From NCBI GenBank assembly GCA_036630325.1, contig CP142729.1, positions 868,001-932,000 of the forward strand: a DNA stretch of 64,000 bases. The letters run 5' to 3'. The translations under genes and the position numbers were made by a program. Positions 1-13,056 of this stretch are shown here, piece after piece (positions within the stretch are counted from its first letter, which is position 1; each line of letters starts with the position of its first letter). The notes below the pieces were generated by a model that saw only the letters and a list, made by a program, of their open reading frames with translations, was not told the DNA's origin and searched no databases. The stretch comes from Vairimorpha necatrix. Taxonomy: Eukaryota.

Positions 1-390
1 TTGCGGGTACGGCATAGTTAATTTTCTTGATTTTTATGTCATTGTTTGAAACTTAGAATTTAACGTTATCTGTATTTATTGGACAATTTTCTTTGGTTTC
101 TCATTTATAGTTATTTATAAATTCCTCAAGTCTATCTTCTTCCTGGGAGAAGTATTTCCCTTTGGGGTTTTCGAATTCTGTTTCTTCTACATTTATATTC
201 ATGTTTATGATTGCATTGTTCCAGATTATTTTCCTTCTTTAAAATCTAGTATAAAATCGTTTCTCGAGGTGAAATCTCTACCAAGTAGGATGTTGACTGG
301 TAGGTTTTTTAGTAAGTAAAATTCGATTTTACATGTCTCGTTTTGATCATTTAATTTTAAGTCTAGTTCTATGGTAGTAATAGTTCTTTC

Positions 391-1504
391 GGTGCATCTT
401 TAGTAACGTGCCGGGATTTTGTTTTTTTAAAAAATATTTTTTTACCCCTAAAATGGACAACATCGATTTAGAAAACTCCGGCACGTTACTAAAGAAAAGC
501 ACAAAAATTAAACTTGTGAATATACAAAGGCTTTTTTATAACGTTGACACTTGTTTAGAAGCTTTAATTGACTTAGAAGTGCTGAAGGAGCAAAAATCAT
601 GTTCCAAATGTGGATGTAACATGAGATTGGGTCCTGTCAAGGAAGAAATCGTTACAAGAGTAGCATATCGCTGTTCGAACTACAAATGCAGTGCGCGGTT
701 GGCTGTGAATAAAGGCTGCAAGGTTCCTCTTCATACATTCTGTGACCTTGTATTTGGAATATTATGCAGATATTCTTACTTTCAGTTGATGGCAAGATTG
801 GGCGTTTCAACAGCTACAATCTCTGCCGTAAAAAGCAGCCTCAGAAAGATCTATAAAGATTTGCTAAAGAATAGAATTATAATCGAAGGACCCTGGCAAG
901 TCGTTCAAGTAGATGAGTCTGTTATATGCAGAAGGGGTAAAATAAGATCTCCTACCTCTTCGGACGACTTTATAAGGGACACCGTTTGGATTTTGGGCAT
1001 AATAGATGTTCAAAATCCTTCAAACTTCTACATTACGAGGGTAGAGAATAGAACCATTGAGTGCCTTACTGCTGCTCTAGAGGGAAGAATTTGTGTAGGT
1101 TCGGTTTTACATAGCGATGGTCATCCTAGTTATCCTGGGGTGGCAGAAAATTTATGTCTAAGTCATCAAGTTGTTAATCATTCTATAGGTTTTTTATCTC
1201 CTGATGGTATTCATACAAATAATATTGAGAACGTATGGTCTCAACTTAAGTCTGAAATGACCAAAGAACATGGAGTAAAACGGTCGGAGATAGATACATG
1301 GCTCGATGAATTTATGTATAGGAAATTTATGCTTCGAGAAGATGATATGGAAGACTTCTATAAGGGTTTTGTTGATCTTTTATCTAAACTACTGAATTAA
1401 ATAAGCATTTTTATATCGTTTTCTTATTTTTTTTCAAAATTTTGTTAAATTTTTGTCTGTAAGGGGGGGGGTGTTACCTTCCGGCACGTTACTAAAGATG
1501 CACC
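391..1504 (+). mobile_element. Merlin (IS1016/ISXO2-like) DNA transposon M1, apparently intact
   Basis: Perfect 24-bp TIR GGTGCATCTTTAGTAACGTGCCGG (391-414 / 1481-1504). 8-bp TSD GTTCTTTC (383-390 / 1505-1512). Confidence 0.95.
453..1400 (+). CDS. Merlin transposase (N-terminal Zn ribbon plus ISXO2-type DDE domain)
   Basis: Uninterrupted ORF with CxxC...CxxxxC, VQVDES, LHSDG, VNHS and HTNNIENVWS. ATG 453 follows a CCCC motif; the track start at 408 is a GTG inside the TIR. Confidence 0.92.
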   Translation: MDNIDLENSGTLLKKSTKIKLVNIQRLFYNVDTCLEALIDLEVLKEQKSCSKCGCNMRLGPVKEEIVTRVAYRCSNYKCSARLAVNKGCKVPLHTFCDLVFGILCRYSYFQLMARLGVSTATISAVKSSLRKIYKDLLKNRIIIEGPWQVVQVDESVICRRGKIRSPTSSDDFIRDTVWILGIIDVQNPSNFYITRVENRTIECLTAALEGRICVGSVLHSDGHPSYPGVAENLCLSHQVVNHSIGFLSPDGIHTNNIENVWSQLKSEMTKEHGVKRSEIDTWLDEFMYRKFMLREDDMEDFYKGFVDLLSKLLN

Positions 1505-2333
1505 GTTCTTTCACTTGAATTACAACCGAAATGACATGAATTTCTTTATTTCCTTTAGGTGCAAGATCCCATTGTTTCACAAGGCCAACTTTAATATAGT
1601 TTAATCCTGCCCCACAGTCCAGAGTGCCTAATGCTGCGTGTTTTTTGTTAATTGTAACTGGAGTGTCTAACTGATCAATGATTGTTGGTGATTCTTAAAT
1701 AACATAATTCAAAAAGTTTTTATTTTCACCTGATTCCACCATCTGCCTCGATCGGATTTGATTGTTGTTGGGTGTTATGATTTTCCCTTTTCTATAATTT
1801 TTCTTAAAATTTCCCCTCGTGACTCTGTTTATATCAGATCGCTTATTGGTTTAGCTTGTCCACATTCTTAAGAGTGGCCCAGATACTTATGCTTTTTTGC
1901 ACCATTTCTTCATGAATTTTATACGGACGTGTTATTTATTTTTCTCGGTATACTGTATCTTATAATTAGAGCTTCTTCGATTCTTTTTGAGGCGACTGTA
2001 ATTTCTGTTAGATTATGAAGTTGCGCTCCTCGATATATCTGACTGGTTCTAGTCCAGTCCTTTGCACATGCATTCCTTAAATCTTCGTTCATATTCTCTT
2101 TGACTTCAATTTGATACTTTACTGTAGATTCTCAATCGATAAGTTATTTCGATAAAGAGCTGTAAAAAAAATATATAATTGTTTTGTTTTACACTGTCTA
2201 TATCTACTATAAGTTTCTCAACTCTTTTCTGTGAGAATACTTGTGAAATAATGTAACTTTTGTTCTCTTCGTAAGTAAATTAAATTTACTCTTGTCGATA
2301 GTTTTATCCTCTATGAGATCGTATAGAAATATC

Positions 2334-3332
2334 GGACCAGGTACCCTACGTCCCCCGTAAAAAAAATAAAAAAACCCTAATAATTTAATAAAAGCTAAGA
2401 ATTTATTTCCAATAATGCGTTCCCTAAACATAAACTCATTCAAAAAGACTCTTCTTTGTTCTAATGTCAGCCCTTTCGAGATTTTATTTCCATTTTTAGT
2501 TTATTGTTATAAGATTCCACATGTTGAGTATGCACCCCCGTAATAAAGTCAACAAAATTGTACTTATGACACATCGTTTTATGTTCATATATATATTAAA
2601 GTGCTTTAAAGCACAATAGGCCTTCCCCTCATCTGAATGTATGATACTGCCAGATCGTACTACATAATAAATTATAGGAATTAAAGAAGCAGAAGCTCTA
2701 GATTCTACAATTGTTACAATCCTAATGCAGGCCTAAAAGAGGTGTCTACAATACATACACACCAACAAGGGGGAACTGATCTACCTCTATGACTTTTTAC
2801 ATTAAAATTTAATTTTGTTTCGTCAATTTGAACGATAACATTCGAACCTCCAAGTTTGATTGGATTTAATACAAAATAATTATTAATCCTTTCATGATGT
2901 ATTTTCTGTATTTTAATCAGCGGGTTTTTACCGATCCCAGAATAGTCCATAATTTTATTTAATTTCTCATTTTTGGAAAAGAAATAAATAGCTTTAAAGA
3001 TAGTTTTGAAATTTATTTAAAAGCTGACAACAACGACTTGTGTCGTATTGTCAAGGTTTTTTTTGATAGTGTTCGCATTTATAATTAAAACATCTCCACT
3101 CAAACTTATCTGCGCTTTTAATACTTTTTGTGATACGCATATTAAATAAGCAATATAAACAGGTTTGTTCATCTTTAATGAGCTTCCATTCTAATAAAAA
3201 TTGTAAGATACAATTTTCATCTGCATTAAATATTTCTTCCAAATCCATTATACGCATGAAAATAGGGGTATTTTTTTATAAAATAAACAGGTACCCTACG
3301 TCCTCCGTCGGGGGACGTAGGGTACCTGATCC
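2334..3332 (-). mobile_element. Merlin transposon M2 with frameshifted transposase
   Basis: 24-bp TIR GGA(C/T)CAGGTACCCTACGTCCCCCG. TSD GAAATATC (2326-2333 / 3333-3340). Transposase fragments 3051-3257 (Zn ribbon), 2714-2950 (VQIDETK) and the C-terminus near 2360-2560. Confidence 0.93.
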
Positions 3333-3779
3333 GAAATATCCTTTTGGTTTCAAAATTCCATTTATTCTTTAGAAAAATTTCTTCGATTTTCTTAAACTAT
3401 CCTAGTAGGTCGATACGAAGATGTCGCTTATAAACTCTACGTTCTTATGATTCCCAGATAAACTTCACCAATCTTAATTTGAATGGACACTATCTTGGTG
3501 TCGTGTCTTAAAGAGTTGTATGTCGCGATTTCCTTACCTCGCGTCAGATAGAGTTCTTCTTTTTCATACTCTCTTATTAAATTCAATATGTCGTATCTCT
3601 TTCTGAGATACAACTCTATTAAAGATAAGTTTAACTAAATGGGTTTATTCTGTTTATCTTCTATACCCCTAAGTATGAAAATTTCCTTTATAATTTTTTA
3701 TTGTTTGTTTGCGGGGTAAACAAATCAAGAAATGTCAAAATGATATGTTTGACATGTGGGATGCCACAAAAACATTAAT

Positions 3780-4389
3780 AAAAAGGTACAAAATCTTAGT
3801 ATTTTTCAAATCTAAACTTTTTTTTTTCGAGGGGGGGGGGGGGCAAGAAAATGAAATTAAGTATTTTTTATCGAGTTGAAAATTTTATTGCCTCCTCCAG
3901 ATTTAACTGAAAGGGGTTAAAAATTTTTTTTATAATCCGTATATGTTAAATCTGGAGAAAGCAATTCTAAAGATGAATATTTGTGAATATATGTACTTTA
4001 GAAACAATGAAGCAGCATTTGAAGATTTTTTTAGATGCAAAGTACTTCTGGCTCTATAATAATAACCATGGGTTTATTCTATCATTCAGCCTCAAGAAAT
4101 TTTGGAAGCAAAAACTAGATTGTAAAACACTCACTTGCTAATATAAACACTGATGGAGTGGGCCAAATCATATAGAAAATTTTTAGTCCCATTTGAAGAA
4201 CTAATATAATCGAGAAGTGGGGTTATTAAGTATAGCATTAATTTATTTATAAAGCAATTCACATGATGAAAATAAATATCAAAATTTCAAATATTAATGA
4301 TAAGGGCTCTCTTTTATTAAAATTTTAGAACTTTGTATATTAGATTCTATAATAATTTTTTTTAGGGGGCAAGAAAATGAAGTAGCGCC
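3780..4389 (+). mobile_element. Internally deleted Merlin derivative of the 61594-62810 family
   Basis: Right end GGGGGCAAGAAAATGAAGTAGCGCC is identical to the 62786-62810 TIR. 3780-3930 matches the reverse complement of ~62620-62765. Degenerate transposase C-terminus; left TIR missing. Confidence 0.8.
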
Positions 4390-6321
4390 GAAATCTGCGT
4401 TTCATTTTTTACTACAAAACCATTTTATGCGAAAGAAGCTAGCAAATTTTTTGCGGTTGTCTTTTTCTATGAAATATAATAGTTTAGTATTTGAATTTAA
4501 ACAGACTATAGTAGATCGGATTTTGCACTATCATTATAATCAAATAATAGCATAATCACAATTAGTTATTTCCAACCCCATTCATGTCAAACATCAAGAA
4601 TATTTTATCAATACATTGTAGCCCAAATTCCAAGTTGTCATTGATTACGTTGTTCCCAAATTTTATATTAACAAGTATATAATTAAATTTTTGTTAGCGG
4701 AAATCAGCTCACGGACACCATTTTTTCACATTATTGTCATATAAACAATTCTTATATGCATTTTTATTCAAAATTACGATATCCGTTCTTTCATTTTTTT
4801 ATTGCAAAGTTAAATATTAGCCCCCAAATATAATCTAAATTTTAGTTGCCATGGTTTTTTTTTATATGTAATCAAATTTTTGACGTCAAAATATATTATT
4901 CTTCAGTAAACTCTAAAAAATTACTAAAATAAAAAAATACGTTTATAATTCTGTATGATATTTATTGAAGAAAACATTACTATATTATTAACTTTCTGCT
5001 TTCGAATTTTCTTTAATCTTCTTTTCCATGTATTCTAACATATTAGTTTCACAATTTTATATTCACTAAAACCAAAAAAATTGGCGTCTATATGGTATAA
5101 ATTTTAGTTGACTTTTTTTTAAAAATATTACATATGTATTTGTTTGTTTTTTAAGGTATGATTAGTAAATTTTATAAAAAATTGAATTAATTTTATATAC
5201 AAGTACGTAATTTCTAATACAATATCTTCTTCATACATTTTAAACAACTTTTTAATGTTATAGTCTTAGGAAACACCACTTGTAGTTGCATTTTTGCACA
5301 GATTAGATGATGAATATATATAGCATCTATATCTCAATACTTCGTTCATAAATGTTCATCTTTAAAATTTTTTTGCTTTTTTTAATGTAATTTTGATGGT
5401 AAAATTATACAAACATGTACATATGCTTTTATTCATTTATTTCGTTTATTTCTTTGTAAGAAGAATAAGGATCATAATAATCACAATTTAAATAAAAGAT
5501 AGCATTGAATATATTATTGTGAGACATTAACGATGTCTGAAAACAGTAAATAAAAAAAAAAAACATTGAGCCAAAAAATTGTCCGTGTCAATGAAAAAAT
5601 ACATTTGAAAATATTTAAAAATATTATCGTCATCTAAAGACCGATTATTAGATTGTTACCTTAGTTTAAATACTTGTGAACTTTTGCCGCGCCAAGTCTC
5701 AAGGATTTGTTCAGGTTGTAAATGCGCTTGCTCACAGAAATTATAAGGGTTGAATAGTCTATACGCTTTAGTTCAAATTAAAATTTAATGGGTTATTTAG
5801 CTTTGTAATTTGCCATAAAATTGTTAAATAAATATGAAAATTCTAGTCAAAAGGTAAGTATGTGCTGAATCTGAGGACACGGGGTTATCTATTTAAATAA
5901 ATATGCTTGTGGCTAACGTATTTTAAAAAACACAACAGTATAATATTGACGTGACCGAAACTCAATCGCATTAAATTATCTTTTCTTGAAAATAAGAGGT
6001 AGAGAATCTCATACATAAAAATTATAAATAATCAAGACTATGTTTCTCCTACGTGGGTTTTTTTTCAAAGTTTTTCTTATTTTCGTAGGTAAAGTATTAT
6101 TTTGTTTTTTTCCTATGATTTATATCAGAATAGATCAGTATCTATTTTACAAAATGCTTTTTTATTTTAGCACTTAATTTCTACGCATATGCGACTTAAA
6201 CCACATGTTTATAGAACAAACCCACAAGACAAACCACTGAGATAAATAGCGTAATAATAGAAAATATTAGAAAGAAAAATCAAGTATGAAATGTTTATAA
6301 AATAATTTGGTTGTCAATTCA

Positions 6322-7130
6322 ATGAAAGCGATCAAAACTCAAGAAGAGTATGATCTTCTTGTTAAATGCTGCAAAAGAAATGATTTGAGTGCAATCATCG
6401 ACAAACGAGTAAGGTTTAAGTCTAAAAAAGAGCAGAAAAGTCTCTTCTTGCAGATAATATATTCCTTTTGTGAGATATATCTAGCTTGCGCAAAAGGTTA
6501 GTTGTGAGAGTAAAATACAGTCCATGGTATTGGAAATACAAATTCTACATAATAAGTATTACTATGGACACAATCGTTTATATGAGTTGTGTCGGCAATT
6601 TTACCTCAATACTCCCAGAAGCCTTGTGCGAGAGGTTTGCAAAGAGTGCAATATTGTTTACATACAAATCTTATGTAAGTAAAATCTTCTTCATATATTT
6701 GCTAAAGGCCCTTTGAAAGTGTTATCGTCGTCCTGGCGACATGGGGGGGGGGTATGCTGACAAAAACGAAAGACATTGTTGGTTACTAACAGCTATAGAT
6801 GTATTTTAAGTATGTATTTACCAATGTTATAAAATAAACGGTCTCGGAAATTTTACTATATTGTAAATATAACTACAATCGCTATGGGTTTCATAGTGAA
6901 CTTCAGTGTACAAATGGTAAAGAATTATAAATATACTTCTAACGAATTTTGCGAGCAGAGTATAATCTTTAGTCCACGGCAGACTCAGACATCCTCAGAA
7001 TCAAGGTTAAATTGAAAGATTAAATCAAACTATTACACGATACTTGCAAGCACCTCTATACGAAGAATTTGGTCAAAATAAACAAAACTAGGTCTTTTTA
7101 TTTAATAGTAGTTTTTTAATGCAACATCGC
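6322..7130 (+). pseudogene. Decayed rve-integrase-type transposase (Ginger2/KRBA2-like)
   Basis: Across frameshifts: HYYGHNRLYELCR...CKEC (HHCC-like), LTAIDVF and VHGRLRHPQNQG*IERLNQT. No termini identified. Confidence 0.6.
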
Positions 7131-7629
7131 AGTACTTCTGCAGCAATATATTATAATTTGAATTTTTGCGGAAGAAAAGGATATAATTCCTGCCAAGCAG
7201 TAAAATGATAAAGAAATCAATCAATAAAACTCGAATTTTAGATTTAGGTAAAAAATAAATCTATAGTAAACAAAAAATTACTGTAGAAAGTATAAAAAGC
7301 GTTTCCATAATCTATTAATGATTTTGATGCTAATAAATGAACAAAAAAATATAAATTAAGTTTGTTTTATCTTGAACCAGGAGAAGTAACAGCAATTTAG
7401 TCTAGCAATCTGTAGAAAGTTAGTATAATGATTCTGAAGAAATTGTATCATTGAATTTGGTGGAAAATTAAATAAATCGTAAAGCTTTAATAATAAGTGA
7501 TTGAGCAGTATTAAATGGTTAAATTATAACTTTTTCTTTTTTTCCAATACATTTTATAATTCTATTCTAACATTAATTTAAACAATATAAACAAATATGG
7601 TCATTGGTCTATAGAATTAGGTATAAACG

Positions 7630-9313
7630 GGGTACCCGTAAATTCGCCTAAAGTTTAATAATGGTTGTTTTTCGCCAAAAATTTTGCCCATAAAATTTTT
7701 CCTTTTTTTCGCCGAAAATCTACCCTTAAAAAAATGAACGACAACTTTGAAATTTTTAAAGGTCAACGTGGAGGACAAAATTTTATCATGAAAATCAGAT
7801 ATACACTTTAGACTACAATGGAGGGCACTAGGCGATGGAGGTGCAGTAATAGGTCTTGTAGAGGTGCCATTACAATGAATGAATAAAACGAAATCGTTAA
7901 AAAAGTTATTCATTCACATGAATCAGTACCTGAGAAATGCATGTTTAAAAGAACTATCAAAAAAATAAAAGAACAAGTTGCTACAAGTAATGAAAACTCC
8001 TTAGAAATAATAAAAAAAAACTCCCAGCATTGTCAACCAACTTAGATATTACTAAAATGCATTCCATAGAATATTTAAGAGATACAATCAAACGAACAAG
8101 AATTCAAGACTCGGATTTATAACTGGTTGCACCATGGATATACCCGAAGTCCTGCAAGTAGATTTTAAAAAAAATCGTTTTCTTATGTTTGATAGTGGTA
8201 TGCAAGATAATGATAGATTTATAATAATTTTTTCAGAATTCAAAAAAAGTATGATTGAAAAAATAGACACGTTCGTTGTCGATGGAACGTTTAAATCTTC
8301 TACTCAAGGATTTTACCAAATTCGCATTACATGGACATATATTTGGCAAAAGTTTTCCATACATTTATATTTTACTCAAAAGAAAACGGGAAAGGTCATA
8401 TTCTAGAGCCTTCGATAAATGTAATGAATTAGTTACTATGAATGTTGAGAACTTTGTGACTGATTTTGAGAGAGGATTGGTCAATGCATTACGAATATCT
8501 TTCCCCGAAGCAAACTGTAATGGATGCTTGTTTCATATTGGGCAGGCAGCCATAAAAGAGTCGGGCAATGGAGGACATAGAAAAGTTTAAAAATGATTCT
8601 AACTATAATATAGTATCTAAAAGGATTCTTAGATTAGCTTTTGTGCCAAGACGAGATGTTCCGGGTTTTTATGAAGATATTAAGAAATTTATACAAGATA
8701 ATTAATTACAACCACAGTAAACTTTCAGTTGTACTTTGAAAATAATTATTTAATTTTCCATGTAACAAGAGAAGATAATGGTGGGAGAGCTATCGCCAAT
8801 ATAAATTTTTGAAATGTATTTGATAGGGTAAAAAATGAAATTCCCGGACTTCTAACAATGCAGAAAACTGGAATAGAACCATCAACAAGAGTATGGAGAC
8901 AAGAAATCCAAAAATCGTTTTTTATTTCAAGAATACTCGATTTTGAAGAATGGATATATAATCTAAAACGTTATGAAAAGGGATTATTTGAAGCCAAAAA
9001 ACCAAAAAAGCGAAGGAAAAAATTAGAACAATCGTTAAAAATTATAAATATTATTCTCGTGAAGAGTACATGAATGCTTTACTGCAACACGTAAATTTTA
9101 AATGCGAATAAGTAAATTCAATAAACCTATTTTTATTATAAATGCTTTTTAAATAACCAATAAATTTTAATTTAAATTATAATAAAGCTTTTAAAATCTT
9201 TTAATTATTCTTAATACCAATCAATTTTTTTGTATTTTTTGGCGAAAAAACGAGCAAATTTTAATTTTTGGCGAAAACCGTATATTCGCCTACAGGCGAA
9301 TTTACGGTTACCG
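7630..9313 (+). mobile_element. Mutator-like element (MULE) with pseudogenised FLYWCH-MULE transposase (~7734-9110)
   Basis: ~20-bp TIRs GGGTACCCGTAAATTCGCCT / AGGCGAATTTACGGTTACCG and subterminal TTTTCGCC repeats. Motifs RWRCSNRSCRG, VVDGTFK, TDFERGLVNAL and GCLFHIGQA. Flanked by 79-bp direct repeats. Confidence 0.9.
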
Positions 9314-11504
9314 ATTTTATAATTCTATTTTAACATAAATTTAAACAATATAAACAAATATGGTCATTGGTCTATAGAATTAGGTATAAACGATTGAATG
9401 CAAAGATATAATGTTGTTTTTTTTTGTAAAGTAATTTTATTAAAGCTATCTAGATCATAACCTTGGTTTAAATGTTTAAGGTTAAACTTTTACATTCTCT
9501 TTTTTATTGCGTAAATTATATATTTAACATTCGACAATTACAAACTATCCTAAAATATCCTTGGAAACATAATTGATACGTTTAAACAGGTTGCAAAAAA
9601 TGTATACAAAGTTTTGCCAAAACACATTTAGATTTATAACAAACAACTTATTAGATGCTAATATTAGTTTTATTTTAAAAAAAATATTTAAAAAAATATC
9701 ATTCAAATAAAGTTCAAAAGAAAGCTTTTTTATTTTTTTTAATTAAAGTATATTGTATTAAAAGATAAATTTTTATAAAAATTGGACAATAAAAGCAAAG
9801 AAATTCTACAAATTTTGTTTTTTTATACATTCTATAATTATGTTTTTTAAATTAAATTCAAAAATCAAGTGTTATCAACATAAGTTTTTGTGATAAACAT
9901 GTTAAATTCCCCAATTAGCATTTTAGACCCCTTCTTTTGGCATTTTTTATAAAAATTTTTTTATTTTTAATAACCAGCTGGGCTCGCGCATTATTTACCA
10001 TGGGAACATTGAACTATTGGCTTAGAAAGCTACTTCGGGTAGTCTGAACCTTGGTATAAGCAAATGCGTTGATGTTTATTTACATAGTAAATTAAAGTAA
10101 TGATGGTAGTTTTAATAATCAGAAACTCTATATAATATAAAATAAGACACAGATATGGATAGTATTGCGTTTTTTACAATTTCAATTTGCATACCTCCTC
10201 CCCCGAAAAAACCAATTATTTGTTCTAATTGAAAGAATGTTTGTCTTCTTTTATATCGCAAATTTTGACTAAGGCGTTGCTTTATTTGTAAAATAATGTC
10301 GTCTAGGCCCCTGTTAACTTTGTCTAGTTAGTAAAATAAAAGCTAAAATTCCCCAACAGAATGCACCCATAGATATTCTACAATCAATATTGTACTTTAT
10401 GCACATTAAGCATCAACTGAAGGTGCATATATGGGCTTATGATGCGTTTCTACAATAATGATGGCTGCCTTTGTGCTGGAAAGCCTTTTTTGTTTTAACA
10501 AAAAAATAGCCATCTGCATATAATGCCGTTCAAGAATGTTCATCCATTTAAGAACTGAACGAAGTAATAATTTTTGCATTTATAAATTTTAAAACTCTTC
10601 TTTTACGGGATCTGCCTCTTTTGTCATTAATTTATTCAAACTTTGTTACGCACTATACATGATAAAGACATTACTTTTTATGTTAATGCTTTTATGGTCA
10701 ATAACCCCTTTTAAATCTTTGTATCTCTGGCGGGATTCTACTTCGATTTTAACTTATATCAAAAAATATATGAGCTTAAATATAGTTAAAAATCAGAGAT
10801 TTTGCAATGTAAATGTAAAATAGTGTTATCGATAGCACGTTCTACGTCAAAGAATGATAGAAACACATATTGTGCTTTATAAGTCTAACTAAGGTTTTGA
10901 AATCTCTCGTTTCTTGTTTTTATAGATGCCAACTTTTTCTAAAAATAGGATATGTAGATATAAAACTTAGGTTTCCTAGAAATAAAGAGTTGAAGTAAGA
11001 GAAATAGAAACATTATGAAAATATATCGATTCAAGAGTAAAATACATGTAAAATCACAATATAGATTTTATTTTTGAGCATATAAATGTAAACGCCAAAT
11101 AACTTTAAAAAAATTAACTTTTTTGCACCTCTTTTTTGGCTTTACAATATAAACCAATTGTTTTTGTTTTATTTCTTCGAAACAAGTTCAAATATAAATT
11201 TTAACAAAAATTTTCAATTATAAGTGGCGTGTTTACCGAGGAGCTTGCCAGTGGCAAGAAAGCATGTAATAATGCTACGGTTTGGAGTGGCGTGTTTACC
11301 AGAGTTTTGATAGATGGAAGATATTTTGTTTATTGTTATAAATAGAGTTCTACTTATCTGAATTATGGAAGGAAGAATGTTTCTTAGTGTTCAAATGATG
11401 TACCATGTTGTTCATAGAGTTCTTTTATTTTTATTACATAGTAACCAATAGAAGGAAATTAGATTTGCCTGACCAATAATCTTAAACATAACTGATCGTT
11501 CCGA

Positions 11505-12295
11505 GGAGCCCTTAGCCCAGTGGTAGAAGGCAATGCTTCCATTGAGCAATGGGTGGGTCCGATTCCCAGGGGCACCAAAATTGTTTCTACTTTCTATGAT
11601 GCAGTTGGAACAACTCAGATGATGAAAATGTCCACGATAATCATTAAGTTGATTCAATGAAACTTGTGTGTGTCCAGCCACATGGGAATTAGGATCTAGT
11701 GTAGAAACGCACCTCAGGTCCAAAAAACAGTATCACCCCCGTGTTGACATAATGATACATAAAAGTATCTAATGGGTACGGCCTAGTTGGAGCCCATGGC
11801 TGGTGCACTCTAGAGTGGGATCCCAGAGCCAACTAAGAGACTAGACGAAGTAGGGCAATAGAAGGTCTCGTGGACCCTATCCTACAAGATTCTGTAACAC
11901 GGTGGCTGAAACTAGTGGGAGACTGGTGGTCAACGCAGCCCAATAAAAACGCCGGCTGGTGATGTGATCGTGTAAGGAGCCGTGTGTGCAATACAGATGA
12001 TTGTAGGGACCTTTGAGTCAGTACGACGATGTCTCTCCTCGGGTTATAGATAACCATGCTCGTTAAGTATATCCGCTGTGAGGTCATTCTGGACGCGATT
12101 TGAGGTATAAATGGAAAGTGTTCTCCTGAACCAAAGTGTAATGGATACGGCGGAGCTTGCTGCACCGGCAAGTTGTATGGAGGGAGTTTTAGGGATTAAA
12201 AATCTCACAGTACTAGTTGGATGAGGATAACACCCAAATCCCTCTGGTCCCTATGTAAGGTTTCTCCCTACCTCTTACTTGCAAGAAAAAAAAAA
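11505..12295 (+). mobile_element. tRNA-derived SINE, full-length copy 1
   Basis: Cloverleaf head 11505-11577 with A box TAGCCCAGTGG and B-box-like GGTCCGATTCC; ~700-bp body; A10 tail. Degenerate 15-bp TSD AACTGATCGTTCCGA (11490-11504) / AACTGTCCGTACCGA (12294-12308). Six further copies in the window. Confidence 0.85.
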
Positions 12296-12711
12296 CTGTC
12301 CGTACCGAAGAAGCATCAGCGTTTAAGTTTTTTTGGTTTTTTATAAATCATGTGGTATTTTCCATTATACCACAATAAGAATGATACTTTTTTTTAATAC
12401 GCCCGTATTTGAAATGTTATTTTTATAAGGCAAAATATCGTTATAATCGTCTTCATGGATTTCTTTACACTTCCTAAAAAATCGTTAAAGTTACACTTCA
12501 AAAATTTCATTATTAAGTATTAAAAATAAACGTATAAGAATTTTAAACATGTTTTTGTATTTTATATTATGTTTTAATCCATTCGTATACCTATATATCC
12601 CTCAAAAGTGTTTTTTTAGTAATTATATTTGTTTCTATTGATTCCTTCTGGATTAAAAAAAAAAAAGAAATCAGGAGATTCATATCATAAAACATAATAT
12701 ATCAATCCCGT

Positions 12712-13056
12712 ACTCCTGGAGAAGAAGACTGGAAGAGATTAACTCGTGTGTCAATATACAAACTTTGGAAACTCAGCGATTATCGAGCAATCTAGTACTG
12801 ACTCTTTTGTAGTACCTGCTGCGAGATTTTTACAGAAAATTATTCCTCTGAGGGAAGGTATTATCCGCCGGATAATATCTGTTAACCGAAGATTCTCCTG
12901 GCCCAAGGCCCATTGAGTACGGCGGAGCTTGTTGCACCATAGTCTAAGAGGCGGGGGTTTTAGTGAGTTCGAGTCTCACAGTATCAACCAATCTTTCAGT
13001 CTCACTGATTAATGTTGTTCTGCGCGGGCATTTCCCCATCCTTTGACACAAAAAAA
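12712..13056 (+). mobile_element. 5'-truncated non-LTR retrocopy (LINE 3' end or sister SINE) sharing the SINE tail
   Basis: A-tail and 13-bp TSD ATATCAA(T/C)CCCGT (12699-12711 / 13057-13069). Shares TACGGCGGAGCTTG(C/T)TGCACC and GTTTTAGTGAGT...TCTCACAGTA with the SINE 3' end. Confidence 0.7.

Larger units (their letters stand above)
1..3768 (-). mobile_element. Degraded Ty3/gypsy element G0 (gag-protease part and probable 5' LTR), interrupted by two Merlin insertions and running off the window start
   Basis: Minus strand has the aspartic protease motif LDCGAGLNYI (~1595-1625) and a degenerate zinc knuckle (~1860-1905). The LTR-like outer end TGTGGCATCCCACA at 3768 resembles the ends of elements B and E. 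Many stops and frameshifts. Confidence 0.7.

Noticed and set aside
3400-3510. Third palindromic PBS in element G0 (GTAGGTCGATAC near 3405-3416, or hairpin GACACTA-TCT-TGGTGTC at 3486-3502)
   Set aside because: The inner LTR boundary cannot be fixed without the second LTR and the palindrome is imperfect. Not counted as support.
5540-5740. Possible second integrase relic (PRQ.SQG-like motif)
   Set aside because: Single short motif across frameshifts; insufficient evidence.
9960-10900. Possible decayed Tc1/mariner-like or other gene on the minus strand
   Set aside because: No catalytic motifs or TIRs could be confirmed by eye.
11223-11300. 15-bp direct repeat AGTGGCGTGTTTACC x2 with an internal hairpin (CRISPR-like?)
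   Set aside because: Only two units, eukaryotic context and no cas genes. Likely a small tandem duplication.
11505-11577. SINE heads as functional tRNA genes (apparent CAT anticodon)
   Set aside because: Non-canonical anticodon loop (TCCATTG), variation among copies, and no T-run terminator. Always attached to the same body and A tail.
12050-12085. Resemblance of TTAAGTATATCCGCTGTGAGG to the LSU rRNA 5' region
   Set aside because: Only a short loose match, with no other rRNA core motifs.
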